DNA of 64,000 bases from Puccinia triticina (Eukaryota), in NCBI GenBank assembly GCA_026914245.1, contig CP110440.1, positions 868,001-932,000 on the forward strand, read 5' to 3'. The position numbers and the translations under genes are program-made. The notes beneath the pieces are model-generated. The model worked only from the letters and a program-made list of their open reading frames with translations. It did not search any database and was not told the DNA's origin. The first letter of the stretch is position 1. The number at the start of each line of letters is the position of its first letter. Below are positions 49,430 through 63,100 of the stretch, piece after piece.

Positions 49430-51610
49430 GAAACTCACTTTTGGTCAATTGGCTTGACAAACAAGATGGTCGGTGGTCAGATATCAATGGGCCCAGGCCT
49501 GAAAAAGGTCGATACGTTCCATGTGGTCGAATCCATTTGGAGAAGGGTTGCGGTTAGAGAACGCAACAAAGTCCTCGACCATTCCGACATAGAAATGAAA
49601 AAGGATAGCTGGTTCAACCGTGGCGGGAGTCGTTGGGACAATACCGTGTCGGCGGGTAAGAAGCGCTTCGATTTGATGAGGGCGAAGGAAAGGAAATTCC
49701 GTTATACCATAATCACCGCGAACAGACGGCGAAGGGATGCGCGGGAAGCCCTCAATGGGTTCATTATCGTGGTCAGAAAGTTCATTGATTTCGGATCTGG
49801 GATGGGCCGGCTCGTTCTCAGTAGAAGCCAACTCATCCACCTCGATAGCCTGCTGAGTTTTGGGCTGCAATGGAAGGCCGCGAGGACGAACTGTCCAAGC
49901 GGGTAGCGGTGTCCAGGAGTCTTCAAGAGCAACTCGGTTGGACGATAAGACCTATGTAGATATACAACTCAATGGGCATCAGCACAGTTCTGCGCTGAGA
50001 AAAGAATCAAAAGAGTAACTTACCGGCGCTGGGGAACTGTCAGGGGCTCTTGGATGGAAGATGGGCGAGTCAGGGTTAGGCAAGCGATCTGGGGTTCGAG
50101 GGCAGTAGACCGGCGATCCGGCAACAGGATTAATACCCTCAGGCGGGCTAGAAGTTGGATACGATGTTGGAGTTCTGAATCGGGGGTGAAGCCCAACCAA
50201 ACCGGGAGGGATTGCCGGGGCTGCGACCTCAGCTGCAGAGGAAGTCGAGCCAAGGAGAGTTTGGACGTTCGGAGGGGCCCGATCACTGTTATTAGAACCC
50301 AAGAACTACACAAGATAGGGTCAGATGGCAGTATGGGCAAAGATGACTAAAGAAAATACCTTACCGTCTCTAAAGTCTGCATGGTTGCATCGCCAACAAT
50401 GAACGGTTGAAGAGCCACCGGGGACTCAAGACAGATGTCAGACATCATCAGCGAGTTTGAGAGATAGTCACGCTGGTCCTGGGTCCAGTTCATGTGATCA
50501 AGTGAAGAATGGGTTGGCGGCTCAGCAGGCGCATCAGCACGAGGCGTCTGGCAAACACAACGATCAGTTTCCCTTGAAATAATAAAACATCAGAGATACA
50601 GGGAAAGAAAACCTACCTTGGGGAATGGCTGCCCAAGAGGGTGGTGGTTTAAGAGGTTTCGATCGAAACCCATGGTATCAAGGACCAAGGAATTCATCTA
50701 CAGAAGAGAGCATCGTTAGCAAGGATGAAAGTTGAATCTGAAGAAGGGAGGACGCACCTGTTTTGCAGCAGAACTCACACGAGGACGTAAATAATAAGGG
50801 TGTGAAGGTTGGCTAGAGGAGGTAGTCATAACAGGGTCGATGGAGATTGAAGGAACTAATGCAAAAGGGTGGTTGGACGCTGAGGAGATGATGGGGAGGA
50901 AACCTGAATCAACGGAGAGAAGGCTTGTTTTATACCCTTCAGAGAGCCTATCAGCCTTGCCCGTATGGCCGGACATCACCAGGAATCAGGATGCGAGTAG
51001 ACGACTTACCTGGCTGCCTGGCGACAACAAAGGCTTGAGGGCCCTGCCTCATTATTCGGATCCTTTGATCACGGCTCGGCGGGCGATGGCCGAGGTAATA
51101 TAACCAAACGCACCCGTCATGAAGCCGGTCATGACCCGGACGTCCCAACCGGAGCATAACGTACTGAGTAAAGGATGAAAGGGCTTCAGCTGGAAGACAA
51201 TGCAGCTGAAGCAATATAAACTTAATATAAACAAATAACATTACATACCTTATGGGCTCAGCTTTGGCTGTCCGGAAGAACGAAGCGGGGATCGAATTCC
51301 TGCAGCTCAAGGCCGCAGAAGCAAGCTTGAGTTCAATCCTGAAGGCTGGTGACGGCGGCAGGAGGCGGCGAAATCGACGGATTGGCTCTGAGGCACTGAG
51401 TGCGCCTCAAAGGAATCCGCCCCGGGAGATGGAGGAGGTGGTCGGCGAAGTTGGCTTGTGAGTTGTTTGGAGGTCGTTTGGATCAAGAAGACGCCGGAAG
51501 GTCGCGAAGTTTGGTCCCATGCAGCTCGAGACTGCAGAAGCGAGCTCGAATTCGTTCCTGAGGCTAGCGGTGGTGGAGGCGAAGACAGCTTGATGAATCG
51601 TGGGCAACGA
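49430..51610 (-). other. Putative antisense intron-containing gene in the Gypsy 3' region
   Basis: Regularly spaced minus-strand donors (GTATGT ~51248, GTACGT ~51163, GTAAGT ~51009 and ~50023, GTGAGT ~50777 and ~49438, GTAGGT ~50616, GTAAGG ~50364) separating Pro/Ser-rich open frames. Confidence 0.55.
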
Positions 51611-52869
51611 ACTATGTGTCGGGAGGATTATCTATGATCCGAGTCGGACCTCAGGTATGGTCGGAGCCAAACACGATCGGCCGGCATCGCAGACGGGGGG
51701 ATCAGACAGACTGGACGGGTAGCGCGCGCCCCCGATCACTACTCGACAACAGAACGGGCGGGCGCGATCAACACAGAGCACCTGGGCCCATGGCCCGTTT
51801 ACTCAGGAACAGCGTACGGGTCCCCGATCAATACTCGTTGATCCGGGCTCGCGGCTTCAAGCGCGCGCACTCTGGAGCTCTAGCGCGGCAACTACGTACA
51901 ACGGCGACACGAAGTCACATGCTGCGGCGCTGCGCAACTGCGCAGCTGCGGACTGCGCGCAGCACTTTGACTCCCAGACATGAAAAATTTTCCAGCTCAC
52001 AAAGCACCTCAAAAATCACAAAATCCAATTTTTGTGCAAACTTCACTCCATGGTACTCCAGCGACAAAAGAAAGCCAATATTCCAGAATTCTGGAATGAC
52101 AGCTGTGCAAACTCAACTTTCAAGCTTTCAAAAATCTAAACGGGGCACTTTTTCACGGCAAATTGTCTGGGGACAGACAATAAGTTGGGGGAGAATGTGG
52201 TATACAAAATGGGAAAAATCAAAAGTTTTTCTCTCATTTGCGTAATTAGTCATAGAATGCCTCATGGTACGACCATATGGACCCCAGAAATGGAATCTAC
52301 GGCCAAATTACCCCCTAGTCTCCACTGAAAGTGTAACTGTAGCCCCACTGCACTGGAAGTTAGACCCTCCGGACAACCTGTAGCACCCTGTTGACCCCTG
52401 TCACGCACCTCAAGCCACCTTTCCCTACTCCATGGTATCTCCACTGCATATATTATTTTGCCTTTGTTTTCTAGCTGCATGACATCATCCAGCACTGCCA
52501 CTGCAGTCTGTGCCATTGTTCTCCGCATTCTAGAACTTTCACCTCCACTTTTGTTTGGTTTTATTGCATCACATGCCATTGTTCCCTGCATCATGCATGC
52601 ACCCCTCGCATAAATTGTACACAGCGCAGGCCAGCTAAAATCCCTCACTGGGGCTGCCCTGGAGCTAAAATCTCTCACATTTGTCTATATAAGGGGCTCT
52701 CTCCCCCTCATTTGTAGCTCCTTAGTTTATTACTCATCAGTGATTCACTCACCACCTTGTACTCTCAACACTTACAACTATACTCATAACAACCCTTATA
52801 TATCAATAACAAATCTTTATAAAGTGTATCAAATAAACTCATCTTGAGCATTCACTCCTATCACCTAAT

Positions 52870-52903
<34 letters not shown>

Positions 52904-52997
52904 AGCTGGTAGTATAGAAGGGCAGAGCTTGCAACTCCTTCATCCCCTTCTCCATTCAGCAAAAGGGTTTCACAACCACTTTTGAGTCTTACACCGT

Positions 52998-54890
52998 CGC
53001 TATCCAGAAGTCCAGCCGCAAACGCAAAAAGCAGCAACCCTAACCAAACCACTTCCCTAGGCCATCCTCCTAACACTAACCGCAGACAAGCTAATTCCAA
53101 CATTCCATCCACCGAATCTTGTCTCCCTAATCATTCTGGACCTCTTGAAGGTCTCCATGAAGCCCTAAATGCCCTAGCTCCTAAAAGAAACGGTAAGCGG
53201 CTTCGCACCCGGGATGGAGATGGCATTGTCAGCATATTTGACTGGGATGAAGTCAACCCAGTTTAACTGGGATGCACTCAACCAATTTAAAATGAGTTGA
53301 TCTCATCCGATGAAATATAAAACCAAGGGGGGTACCTTGGATTTATATTTCATCAGTTGAGATCAACCAAGTTTAAATTGGTTGAGTGCATCCCACTTTA
53401 ACTGGGATAACCTCAACCCAGCCAATTATGCTGGTAGTGTGGTCGTTCCCGCCCGCCCCAACCTATGTTGGTCAAAGAGGTGCTGTCACATACCGTTGCC
53501 GATCTTGTTGCTTTTGCGCGTGAATGGTCCAAAGGAGCCATGTCTGAGGCGGACAGGGCATTTTTTGTCAACTACTTCGAGGAGCAGCGAAAGCTTCTCG
53601 TCAGCAAACCAATAGAGCGAGAAGTCTCCATGGAGATGGTCGACAAGTTCCTGTAAGAAGCTGATCCAATTCTATATACCCTTGTCCTTCTACATGCTTA
53701 AATATCATCATTTCGATCCCACAGTGGCACGCGAAAGGCTGTCCGACGCCCTAACAGATGGAATCACTTCCTTCAGCAACTTTCAGCTCGCAAGAAGTTT
53801 CGCGGAGGTAAGCACTTTTTACTTCCGCTGCACCCTTCCTTACAACGAATACTTAACGTTTGAATGTCAGTTGGGAAAGGAGCTGCCGGGCACCGGCTTG
53901 GTATGCGCGAAGTCTCTGTGTTGTACAAGCGATACAAAACTCGGAAGCAACCAAACAGAACAGCCGGATCACCTACCACTAACCCTGCCAGTCGGAGCCC
54001 TTCCCCGGAGCCCAAGCTCACTCCATCCGAATTAGCTCTAGACAATGATTTGGATGCGGAGGAAGCCCTTGATCCAAATTCAAACCCCCCTCTGTCGAGT
54101 CAACTACAAGGTCCTGTGTCTCTTTCAAAGGCGGAGAGTCGAGTGGAAGCTTTCCTGGCCAACTGGGCCAACCAGGTAATCAACATTTCCACTAGGAACC
54201 AACCGCGATGCAAAGCTGACATTCATATTCCTTTCCTCCAGGCCAACTCAATCGCGCAGACGTGCAATTGCGAGATGATTGTCTTTGTGGTATCAACACA
54301 CCTCGGTCGCCACTCCTTCCAGCTCACCAAATCAACCCATCGCGCCTTGCCATTTGTTGAGCTTGCTGACGAAGTCGACCAGCCTACCACCTACCCGGCT
54401 CGATTTCAGGCAAGTTTGGTTGGTACTTCTGCCTCGGACCTTGCTAAGCACAACAAGCCTGCCCGCCAGGTGCGCGCCCCACGCCCAAATGTTACCGAAA
54501 GGATGATTCAATTTGCGGGTAAGTATCTACCAGCTTCATGTACCAACTCATTCCTCTCACTAACGATTGCTCCCACACTACTTTCCCCCTGCAGTCAAAA
54601 AAACAAACAACGCCATTGATCATTGGCCGTGGTCAGACAATAAACAAGACCTTGCGCAAGTAGGTTACAGACTGGTTACCGATCCTCGGCTGCGCACCCC
54701 TATCAAGATGTTCACCTCTAGACCAAGTCGTTGGCTTAAGGTGCAGTACATCCAAACGTTAAACCTTGACCTCGACGATGGTTACATCAATATTGTCCCC
54801 CTTGACAGCACTATTCCTGTCAGCTCGACTGACACTCCTATCCCATACCCCAGTCTTCAGCGATCAATGCCACCAATTGAAGACTCTTGA
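52998..54890 (+). pseudogene. Multi-exon hypothetical gene hit by the Gypsy and a MITE; 5' part probably at 41456-41544
   Basis: Removing 53224-53442 joins RDGDG|RSRPPQPMLVKEVL in frame; GT-AG introns follow; RRPNRWNHF helical motif; no family recognised with certainty. Confidence 0.5.
53224..53439. mobile_element. Hairpin MITE with CAC-type termini (CACTA-like)
   Basis: 216-bp imperfect palindrome CATTGTCAGCATA...TATGCTGGTAGTG; 3-bp TSD TGG. Confidence 0.85.
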
Positions 54891-56379
54891 ATCTTCCCTT
54901 TTTCCACAGCTTGCTCTTGATACTTGTCTTCAACGCTCTCATCTGCCTGTTATATTTTCCTTGCCTCTCCCAAGTCTTTCCTGCTGTTGTACCTCTCGAC
55001 CTCTCTAAGGTCAAATTGATACATCAAGACGTTACCCATGCCCGATTTGTGCCTTTGCCACTTTTGCTCTTTGAACTGCTCAACAACACTGAAACCTGCT
55101 TAACGATTTGGCAACATGATGGTTCAGTAGTTCAGGGAGCAGAAAGTGGTCAAGGAACACTGGAGGTTTTCGCAGGAAATTGCGTAGTTTGAATGCTACT
55201 TGCAAGTATGAACAAACTTCACGCAAGGGTCAATTGACTTGCATACTTGGCGAGTGAATTTGATTTGGAAAAAACTGGGAGGACTGCACCAGATGCACCG
55301 GTGAGTGAGTTGAGCACCGGTGCACCAGGGAACGCTTGACCAAAAGTGGAGTTGTAGAACTATTTGATTGCCATACAGAGCTCCTTCTGCTTGTGTGAAG
55401 GCGTGATTTCGGGACATCTGTGGAGAATGAAAAATTGCTCCAGTGAGGTGTTCAAATTCCAAAAAACGACTGCCTTAAGTACACCCCGGGTGCACTAGAA
55501 CATCTGGGGACAGGCTGATCCTTACGTCTCACGACAGGACCTTCCCCGCAACAACATACGGCCCAGTCACGGGCCCCGTGCCAGGCCCCACAACGGCTTC
55601 ATGAAGCCGTCTCCCATTCCCTCAACCAATCCGCCGTCCAAACCCCACGTCACCAGACAGAAGCAGCCGACGTTAGTTGGCTGCTCGCAGCACGTCCACC
55701 AAACGGAGTGGCCAGAACAGACAGCCAATACACAGTGGCTCATAAACCACACGGCCAAAAAATTGCACGCCACATGTACGGCACCCCACCACAACTACCG
55801 CGTGCGACCGTCCGCGGCAAGATGAAACTGGCAGGTATTGCCCGCTTGCTCGCGGTAGCGGGGCGCAATGTGCAACGCACAATGCCACCAATAACCGTGA
55901 GAAATGTTAGAGTCATTGTTTATTGCGCACAAATCCGGGGTAGGAAACAATCTGCCCGGAAAAACACATACAACAAAACAAAATACACAAAATTGAAGGT
56001 GAAAGCGCGGAAAGAAAAGAGACATACAAGAGCTCTGTACAGGGGGGTTAGAAATTTGGAAACCAGATATAGATCGAGAGCAGAGCCTCGCCGGGAGGCA
56101 GAGCAGCATTTTCACCATCTTCACCATGAATTCAAGCTCGGTGGGTGGCTGAATTAAGTCCACATCAAGCTGAGAGAAGGGAGTAGCCCCTGTGGCCAAA
56201 GGACCAAGCTCAATTTATGCAAACTGACCACCCGCCACTCGCGGAGCTGAAAAGTTTGGCCTCTTGGTGACACTTTGATAATGCAAACAAGGATCATTGC
56301 TGACACGCTAATCCGCAACCCACATCAAATTTTCTTCAAACTCCAGCACTCATCATCTGCGGGGATTGGACGCACTTGG

Positions 56380-56809
56380 AGGAAGGCAGGCTGGAGACGC
56401 ATGTGGACCGGCTTGAACAAGAAGAGCTGAAAAAAAAAACAGGTGTTTGACAACACATAAGTCATCACGAAAATTGGGAGGGTGTGTGAGGGAGAGTGAG
56501 AGCTGATATACCTGGGTGACCGAGGCGCCCAAGATAGCAACGATGAAGCCAACCAACAAGGAGCGGAAGGTCACGATCTGCGCCTCACTGTTGTCCGCCA
56601 ACGGGATCAACGTCAGCTTGTCCTCCGACAACACTTTTGAAGGCTGGCTCGGGTCTAATTCTTTGTGCGCCAGGGTTCCGGAGCATGAGCTCGGCGGCGC
56701 CGGCCGGCCAGCTTTCTCCCCCGGCGTCACGTCCCCTCCAGCCTCCGCGCGCTCCTCAATAATCTTCTCGGCCTGCTTCTCCCCCACCTGCTCGCTCGCC
56801 GTCCCCCAT
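56380..56809 (-). pseudogene. 5' fragment of an OPT oligopeptide transporter
   Basis: DNSEAQIVTFRSLLVGFIVAILGASVTQ, an intron, then LFLFKP...AFLQ resembles the first OPT helices. The nearest ATG is out of frame and no continuation was found. Confidence 0.55.
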
Positions 56810-58160
56810 CCTGCGCGTCAGTTGGCCCTGACTGTCTTCCACTAGCTTCTTCATTAGTTGGAGCGGTTTCAGCGTTGACCCTCGTACAATTCCAACCGAC
56901 TTGAGAAAGCTATCCATCCTCCTCCTCCTTTCTTTGAAGTATCTAACTTAGTATCTAACTTGAAAGAATTCTATCTACATATATATATGTGAATTTTTTT
57001 GTAACTGAACACAAATTAGAAAAATAAGATATCAAATCTGATGATTTATGAAATACTAAAGTACAAGGCGGCTACGCCGCCGCACCCCCAGGGCGTCAAC
57101 TCCACAGCCCACCGCCGGCCCAAGGCCCAAGCCCAGCGGCCAAAGGCACAAAAGGTTGCCACCCGCGCAACGGACACCCCCGCAGGCTTTACGCTCATTT
57201 TAATCAGCCATCTGGCAATGCCCCGCCGGCAACCAGATTGCTCGCCAGGAGTCCGGAACAGTGAAAGCACAGAGAAGGGGGAGCGTGCATTTCAAGCCTT
57301 GGCGTCTAAGGCGGCTACACCACTTCACTTTCAGGGTATCTGTCTAACCCCTCTCCCTCATCCGCGACCAGGCGCATGAGCCAGCATGGCCTCCTGTTGC
57401 TTCTCCCAAGGGGCCTGAATCAAGTATAGCCCTGAGTCCTAGACTTCATTTGAATCAAAAGCAAATCATAATGATGTAAACATTATTTAAACAGAATGCA
57501 GGTCTCACCTTTAGTAAAAATTTGAAACTTCTGGGAATGCTTGGGCAAGGGAGGCTTGGTTAGGTTTGTATAGCATTGCAAGTTGAATTTAAATGCCAAT
57601 AAATTTGTCATGTTAGATCAACATCAAAATTTAACACTGTTCTTAACATATTATTCAATACTGCCAGCCTTAGAGCCAGCGCAGCTGGCCTAAATTCTGC
57701 CTTTTCTACCCTTTCATTCTAAAACTCCTTTATATCTTTTTCATCTTAAGAGATATCTTTGTTTTGACTTCAGATTATTTTTTCTCATGCAATTTTAACC
57801 CCAGTTACAGCTTACCAATTATTTGTAACTATATTCCTTCTCAGAGTTTTTGAGTTATGGTGCGCTTGCGCAATTGTGACATGGCAGCGCTACCAGGCGC
57901 GCCAACAACTTGTACCTCCTTTGTAGAATTCTTGATTTGTGACGCGCATGCGCAGAAGTTACATTTAAGCGCTACCAGGTGCTCCAACCACTTTTGCATA
58001 TATAATTATGTAAGCAAACTGTGAAAACATTTGAAGTCAGGATCCCACATGCAGCTGAAGGATACACAGACTTCAGCAAACCAGAAAAACCACCAGAGAC
58101 AACCCAGGATAACTAACCAGAGGCCACTTCACTCCCAGTATCACCACAGGATATTGACAG

Positions 58161-59216
58161 TAGAGATCGCCCGTGGGGGGTACCCGGTATCTGTGGGCGG
58201 GTACCCGCCAGCCCTCGGCGGGTACCGTGTGCGGGTCCGGGTATGTAAATTTTGGATGGTGGGTACCCGTCCAGGTACCCGCTGCAAAATTTCTGGAGAC
58301 AAGCAGTCGCGGACGACCTTTTGCAGCGCAATCATGGCCCCCGCTAACCTAACCCTCTTGGTGTCCAGCACATGCTGGAAGCCAAGAGGGCATACACTCT
58401 TGATGTCCGGCACAGAGCGGACATCGGGAGGGTGTATGTATGCCCTCTCAATGTCCGGTATGTGCTGGACACCAAGGGGGCATACACTCTTGATGTGCGG
58501 CACACAGCAGACATTGGGAGGGTGTATGTATGCCCTCTTCTCAATGTCCGGTATGTGCTGGACACCGAGGGGGCATACACTCTTGATGTCCGGCACAGAG
58601 CGGACATCGGGAGGGTGTATGTATGCCCTCTTGATGTCTGGTATGTGCTGGACACCAAGAGGGCATCCACTCTTGATGTCCGGCCTAGACCGGACCTCAA
58701 GAATTCACACACAGACATACCCTCTTGATATCCGGCCCAGACCGGGCACCAAGAGGGTATATACACCCTCAATGATGGTCTATGCCGGCTTCAAGGGTTG
58801 TGTAAACTCTTGATGACCGGCTAAGACCGGACATTGGGAGGGTATGCACACACCCTCTTGATGTCCTGTCTGTGCCGGTCATCAAGACTGTATGCCCTCT
58901 TGGTGTCCAGCACAGACCGGACATTGAGAGGGTATACATACACCCTCTTGATACCCGGCCCAGGTCAGGCATTGAGAGGGTATATACACCCTTGATGACC
59001 GGTCTGTGTCGGTCATCAAGAGGTTACACCACCCTCAAAGCCGGCATAGACCGGCTAGAGGGTTGAATCGTAGGCGGTACCCGTGATACCCGCCACAGGT
59101 ACCGCTGGTACCCGCCCTACGGGTGCTGGGTCCAAGTCCGAGTATCTAAATATGCCCAAAATGACCGCAGGTATCCGCACCCGCCACAAGTACCCGGGTC
59201 CACTCGGCAATCTCTA
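58161..59216. mobile_element. Non-autonomous hAT element with internal tandem and inverted repeats
   Basis: TIR TAGAGAT(C/T)GCC; 8-bp TSD ATTGACAG; units of about 90 bp at 58350-58690; GGTACC-rich ends. Confidence 0.9.
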
Positions 59217-60934
59217 ATTGACAGTAAGTACCCTCTTTCACTGACCTTGTTTATCTCAACCCTGTTGCTCTTGACTTCTCTTCCCTTCTTCCAACCCTCA
59301 AAGATCAATCAGGTTATCTCTTGTTAAGACCTTAAAAACCAGAGCAGAGTAGAAACCCTACTTCTGATTCCCACCACCGTTTCCTTGGTGTGAGTGGAGA
59401 CTGTTGCACTCTTTCAGCACATTTGGCAGCCTACATTTCCAGGTAGAGCTGGGCCCATATTAAATCTTAATAAAAGATCATCTCTCTCTACTGCTTGTAT
59501 TTCTTTATCCCAAGAAATTCAGTCAGTGCCCACCCAACTTACTTGTGTCCTGTTGTCACTTTAGAGACACAGGCTCACAGATATCAAGTTAAATACAAGC
59601 ATGAGTGTTTTATAATTAGGGGGTTTCACAATTGGAATTTGTAGGACAAATTTTAAGGTATTCATGAACATTTTTTTTCAAAAGTTGATTCATTGCATTG
59701 ATTGATCAGTATCACCTGCTGCTTTCCATCTTACCAAAATTCTTGAATTCTGGTCATGTAGGTCTTAAATCTAGCTCCAAAGTTTTGTAAAATTTGACTG
59801 TGAATACCCCTCTTGTTTCACTGCCTGCATGTAAAGTACTGCTCAAAAGATACACATTTTCAGATGTGCTACAGCCACATTGGTCTTTTTGTCATTCATC
59901 AAGTGTTGCAGGAACCTATCCTCACTTTTTCAGTGGAACCAGTTGTAATTCACATTGACAGAAAATTCAGCAGCTTATAAAAATGAGCCTCCATTCCAGT
60001 CAAAATTCTGTCCAGTTTCAGGATTGTTTTTTTTCTCCCTTTTGACTGATGATTCATGATTGTTGGGCTGCAAATATATGGAGTCCAGGACTCAATTCAC
60101 TTGACCTTTAACAATATTCAAAGTTTGTTTGACCTTAAAAGCTTCACAAACAGCATAATTTCATGTTGGGGTAGGTTTGAGCTCAAGACTCAAGTTCAAC
60201 ACCAAGTTGTACTCCCAATAAAACAAGATAGTTGGGGTTGTTGCATGAGCCCAATAACTTGGACACCACCGGCTGGGGCCATCAAATGGTCATGAGGCCT
60301 GGTACCACTGGCTTTGGAGGTTTCACCCTGGGATTGGCCCGCAGCTTCGGGAACTGGAAGATAAGGTAGCGCACCCCGTTGAGGCTGATGATGGGGGGGA
60401 GGTGTCTGAAGGCGCCGGCATGGGTGGTGCGAGCCTCGCCGCTGGCGCGCGGGCCGGAGAGGCCAGCGGCGACGGGAATCGAAGGGCCGCGTGTGCGGGG
60501 CGAGTAGCGCGGCTTGGACCCGCCGGGCTCATCTGATAAGGGCTTGCTGGATGGTGGTGTGTCCGGAGAGACCAGGCCAGCGGGGAAGGTGCGCGAACTG
60601 TCGGGGAGGTCCGGGTGGCTTGACTGGCCGCCACCGCCGCCTCCGTCGAAGCCGGGGGATTGACGCTCGTGGGGGACAAGTATGTAGAGTGAGCTAGGGG
60701 AGTAGACGCGCTCCTTCGGGTTTAAATGGCGCAGCGTTGCAAGGGTGCGAATGTTGGAGGCGCCACCAACCCGGAAGCAGTTTCTTGTTTTGATCGCTCC
60801 GAAAGGGTGCGGACTGTTGCGGACGATGTATCAGGGCTGCTGTTTCAGGTCGTCCGCGAAAATGAGGGGTTTGACTTGATGGGGTGAACATAAAAAGGCG
60901 TCGTGGCCGTGTCCTATCCTCCACGGATCCAGTT

Positions 60935-61300
60935 CCCCTCTCGCACTTGCGGAGGTAGAACACAATCCGTCGGTTATCCCCTCTCGCACTTGCGGAGGTA
61001 GAACACAATCCGTCGGTTAATAACCCTCTCCACCCTTGCATTTGTAGGGGCCCGAGGGGGTTAATCTTATTTCTCTCTCCCCTGTCGCACTTGCGCAGGC
61101 TGATAGAAACCCCTCCGCCTTTGCACTTGCGATTGCCCCAGGCAAAATGTATTATTCTGTCCCCCTGCTGCACTTGCACAGGCTGGTCAAAAAAAAAAGA
61201 ACACACAAAAAAAACCTCCCCTGTTGCGCTTGTGCAGGCTGAGCAATTCATTTGAAACCAACCATTTGCCCGCCTCTCTCCCCTTGCATTTGCAACAGGC
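60935..61300. repeat. GCACTTGC-motif repeats, including two adjacent copies of about 43 bp
   Basis: CCCCTCTCGCACTTGCGGAGGTAGAACACAATCCGTCGGTTA twice, followed by degenerate copies. Confidence 0.7.
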
Positions 61301-61974
61301 AGAGGAGGGAGAATCCGGTCCCTTTTCATTCATGGTTCATGAATTGGGGGATCAGTCCGAGGCATTAATGTTCGGGGACTTTAAATTTAATTTTCCCAGC
61401 AGCAAAGTCAAACATACTTCTGCCTGAAAAGATGGGAAATGTGGGAAACATTGCCAAGTTGGCCACTGCCACACTGGCAGCCCCCTTTTGGGGCCTTTTT
61501 GGAAAGGGGGAGGGTGAACCCATGAACCAAATTTCCACAAAAGTGTGGATTTAATATACTTAGATGACGACCACTAGAAATAAAAAATGTATCTATGTAA
61601 ATAACTGGGTGGCGGGTAGCCATGTCTGTGATGGGGCTGTGTTTTGATGCCATGCCCGTGGCTGGGCGGTATTCTTGCCGGGACAAATACAGGGCATTTT
61701 GTTTTGGACGGTGAGCCAGCACAGTCTTGCAGCACCGTTGTAACATGGTGGGATTGCCGGCTCATCGATGGCAACTCCTGCCCGACGGGGCTAGGAGGTC
61801 TGCTGTGTGGAAGGCTAGCCTTACCCCGTCGGGAGATGGTGATTGGCGGTCTTGCCTCACTGGGACCTCTTTTTGCCGTAGCTGCGGCGAGTCGATGTCA
61901 AATTATTACCTTGGGCGGTTCGACGACGAACTTAAAATTATGCGCCCGTGATGTATAGTGCTGCCCACAAGATC

Positions 61975-62297
61975 CTACCTAGCAATTGAGTTGGCTGCTT
62001 TGTTCGCGGTTAAGCCATTCTGGAACGATATCTTGCTGAGTTTCTGCTTACGACTGCCTTCAAGCAATAATTGAATGCAAAAACCTAGCAGTTGAGTTGG
62101 CCACATTGCTCGCGGCTAGGCCATTAATCATGTTGTTGAACAATATCTTGCTGAGTTTCTGCTTACGACTGCCTTTAAGTATAGCGCTAGGCCCAATAAT
62201 TGACTCCTAAATCCTAGCAAATGAGTTGGCCGCGCGCGTCGTTTGTGGCTAGGCCATTATTCAAGCTCTGGAACAATATCTTGCTGATTTTCTGCTT
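61975..62297. repeat. Three degenerate direct repeats of about 110-130 bp
   Basis: CCTAGCA.TTGAGTTGGC...GCCATT...AAC.ATATCTTGCTGA.TTTCTGCTT three times. Confidence 0.75.
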
Positions 62298-63100
62298 GGA
62301 GAAGGCCAAGCCGAATAGTCCAGACCAGATTGGGACACAACAGAAAGGGCATCTTCTCAAAGGGAGTCGCCTTGTGATGCTACCTTTGTTTTGAATTGAA
62401 TTTGCACAAGAATTTCTTTAATAGAAATCAGTGTGTCCTTGGTTCTTGGTTGAATCCATTCACATACGCTTGCGGGAGCTATGAGTTTGCAAAGTAATTC
62501 TGCCTTCGTTGACTAATGCAATCCCAGAAAACTATAGGTCCTGGTATTAAATGCCACCGTAAAAGAGTAAGTATTTGTTCACTGTTCCAGTCCGGGGAGT
62601 AAATGACATGGTGTTTGTAAAAGAGTGAATGAATTTGCTTCTTTGTCAAAGAAATCATTGCCAAATCCTAATCCGCTTGTGGGAACTTGCGAGTTCATGG
62701 AAGTACTGGAATAATAAATGACAATGTATTTTTAAAATAAACCACAAGCTAATCCTAATCATCAACTCGCGCGCACTTCACGGAAGTGATTGGTAAAGGA
62801 TACAGGCTCCTCAATGTTTGTTGAGCTTTTTTAAAATACCATCTCCAGGAAGTGAGCAATGTCATTTTTTTAATATTCAGTGTATGGCTATCCCACTTCC
62901 TGGAACTTGATTGTTTGAGGAAGTGTGTGCACAAGGATCACTTAAAATCATTGCAGGAAGGAAGTGAAATAAGGAGGCAAGAAAGATGGAACTATAACAC
63001 TCATTCTACGCACAGGAGACCAGTCTGAAAAATTAACAGATAATAATCAAAAATAATACATTCAAATGATGATCATCATACAATTCAAAGTAGTTTATAG

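Larger units (their letters stand above)
41545..52993 (+). mobile_element. Ty3/Gypsy LTR retrotransposon, 11.4 kb
   Basis: 798-bp LTRs 41545-42342 and 52196-52993 (about 3 differences seen); TG...CA ends; 4-bp TSD CCGT; PPT AAGTTGGGGGAGAA. Confidence 0.97.

Noticed and set aside
58031..59066. Repetitive Cys/Met-rich ORFs and a CRISPR-like look
   Set aside because: Tandem units inside a TSD-flanked hAT derivative; no unique spacers, no cas genes, eukaryotic context.
60310..60700. GC-rich island with ORFs on both strands
   Set aside because: No recognisable protein motif or boundaries.
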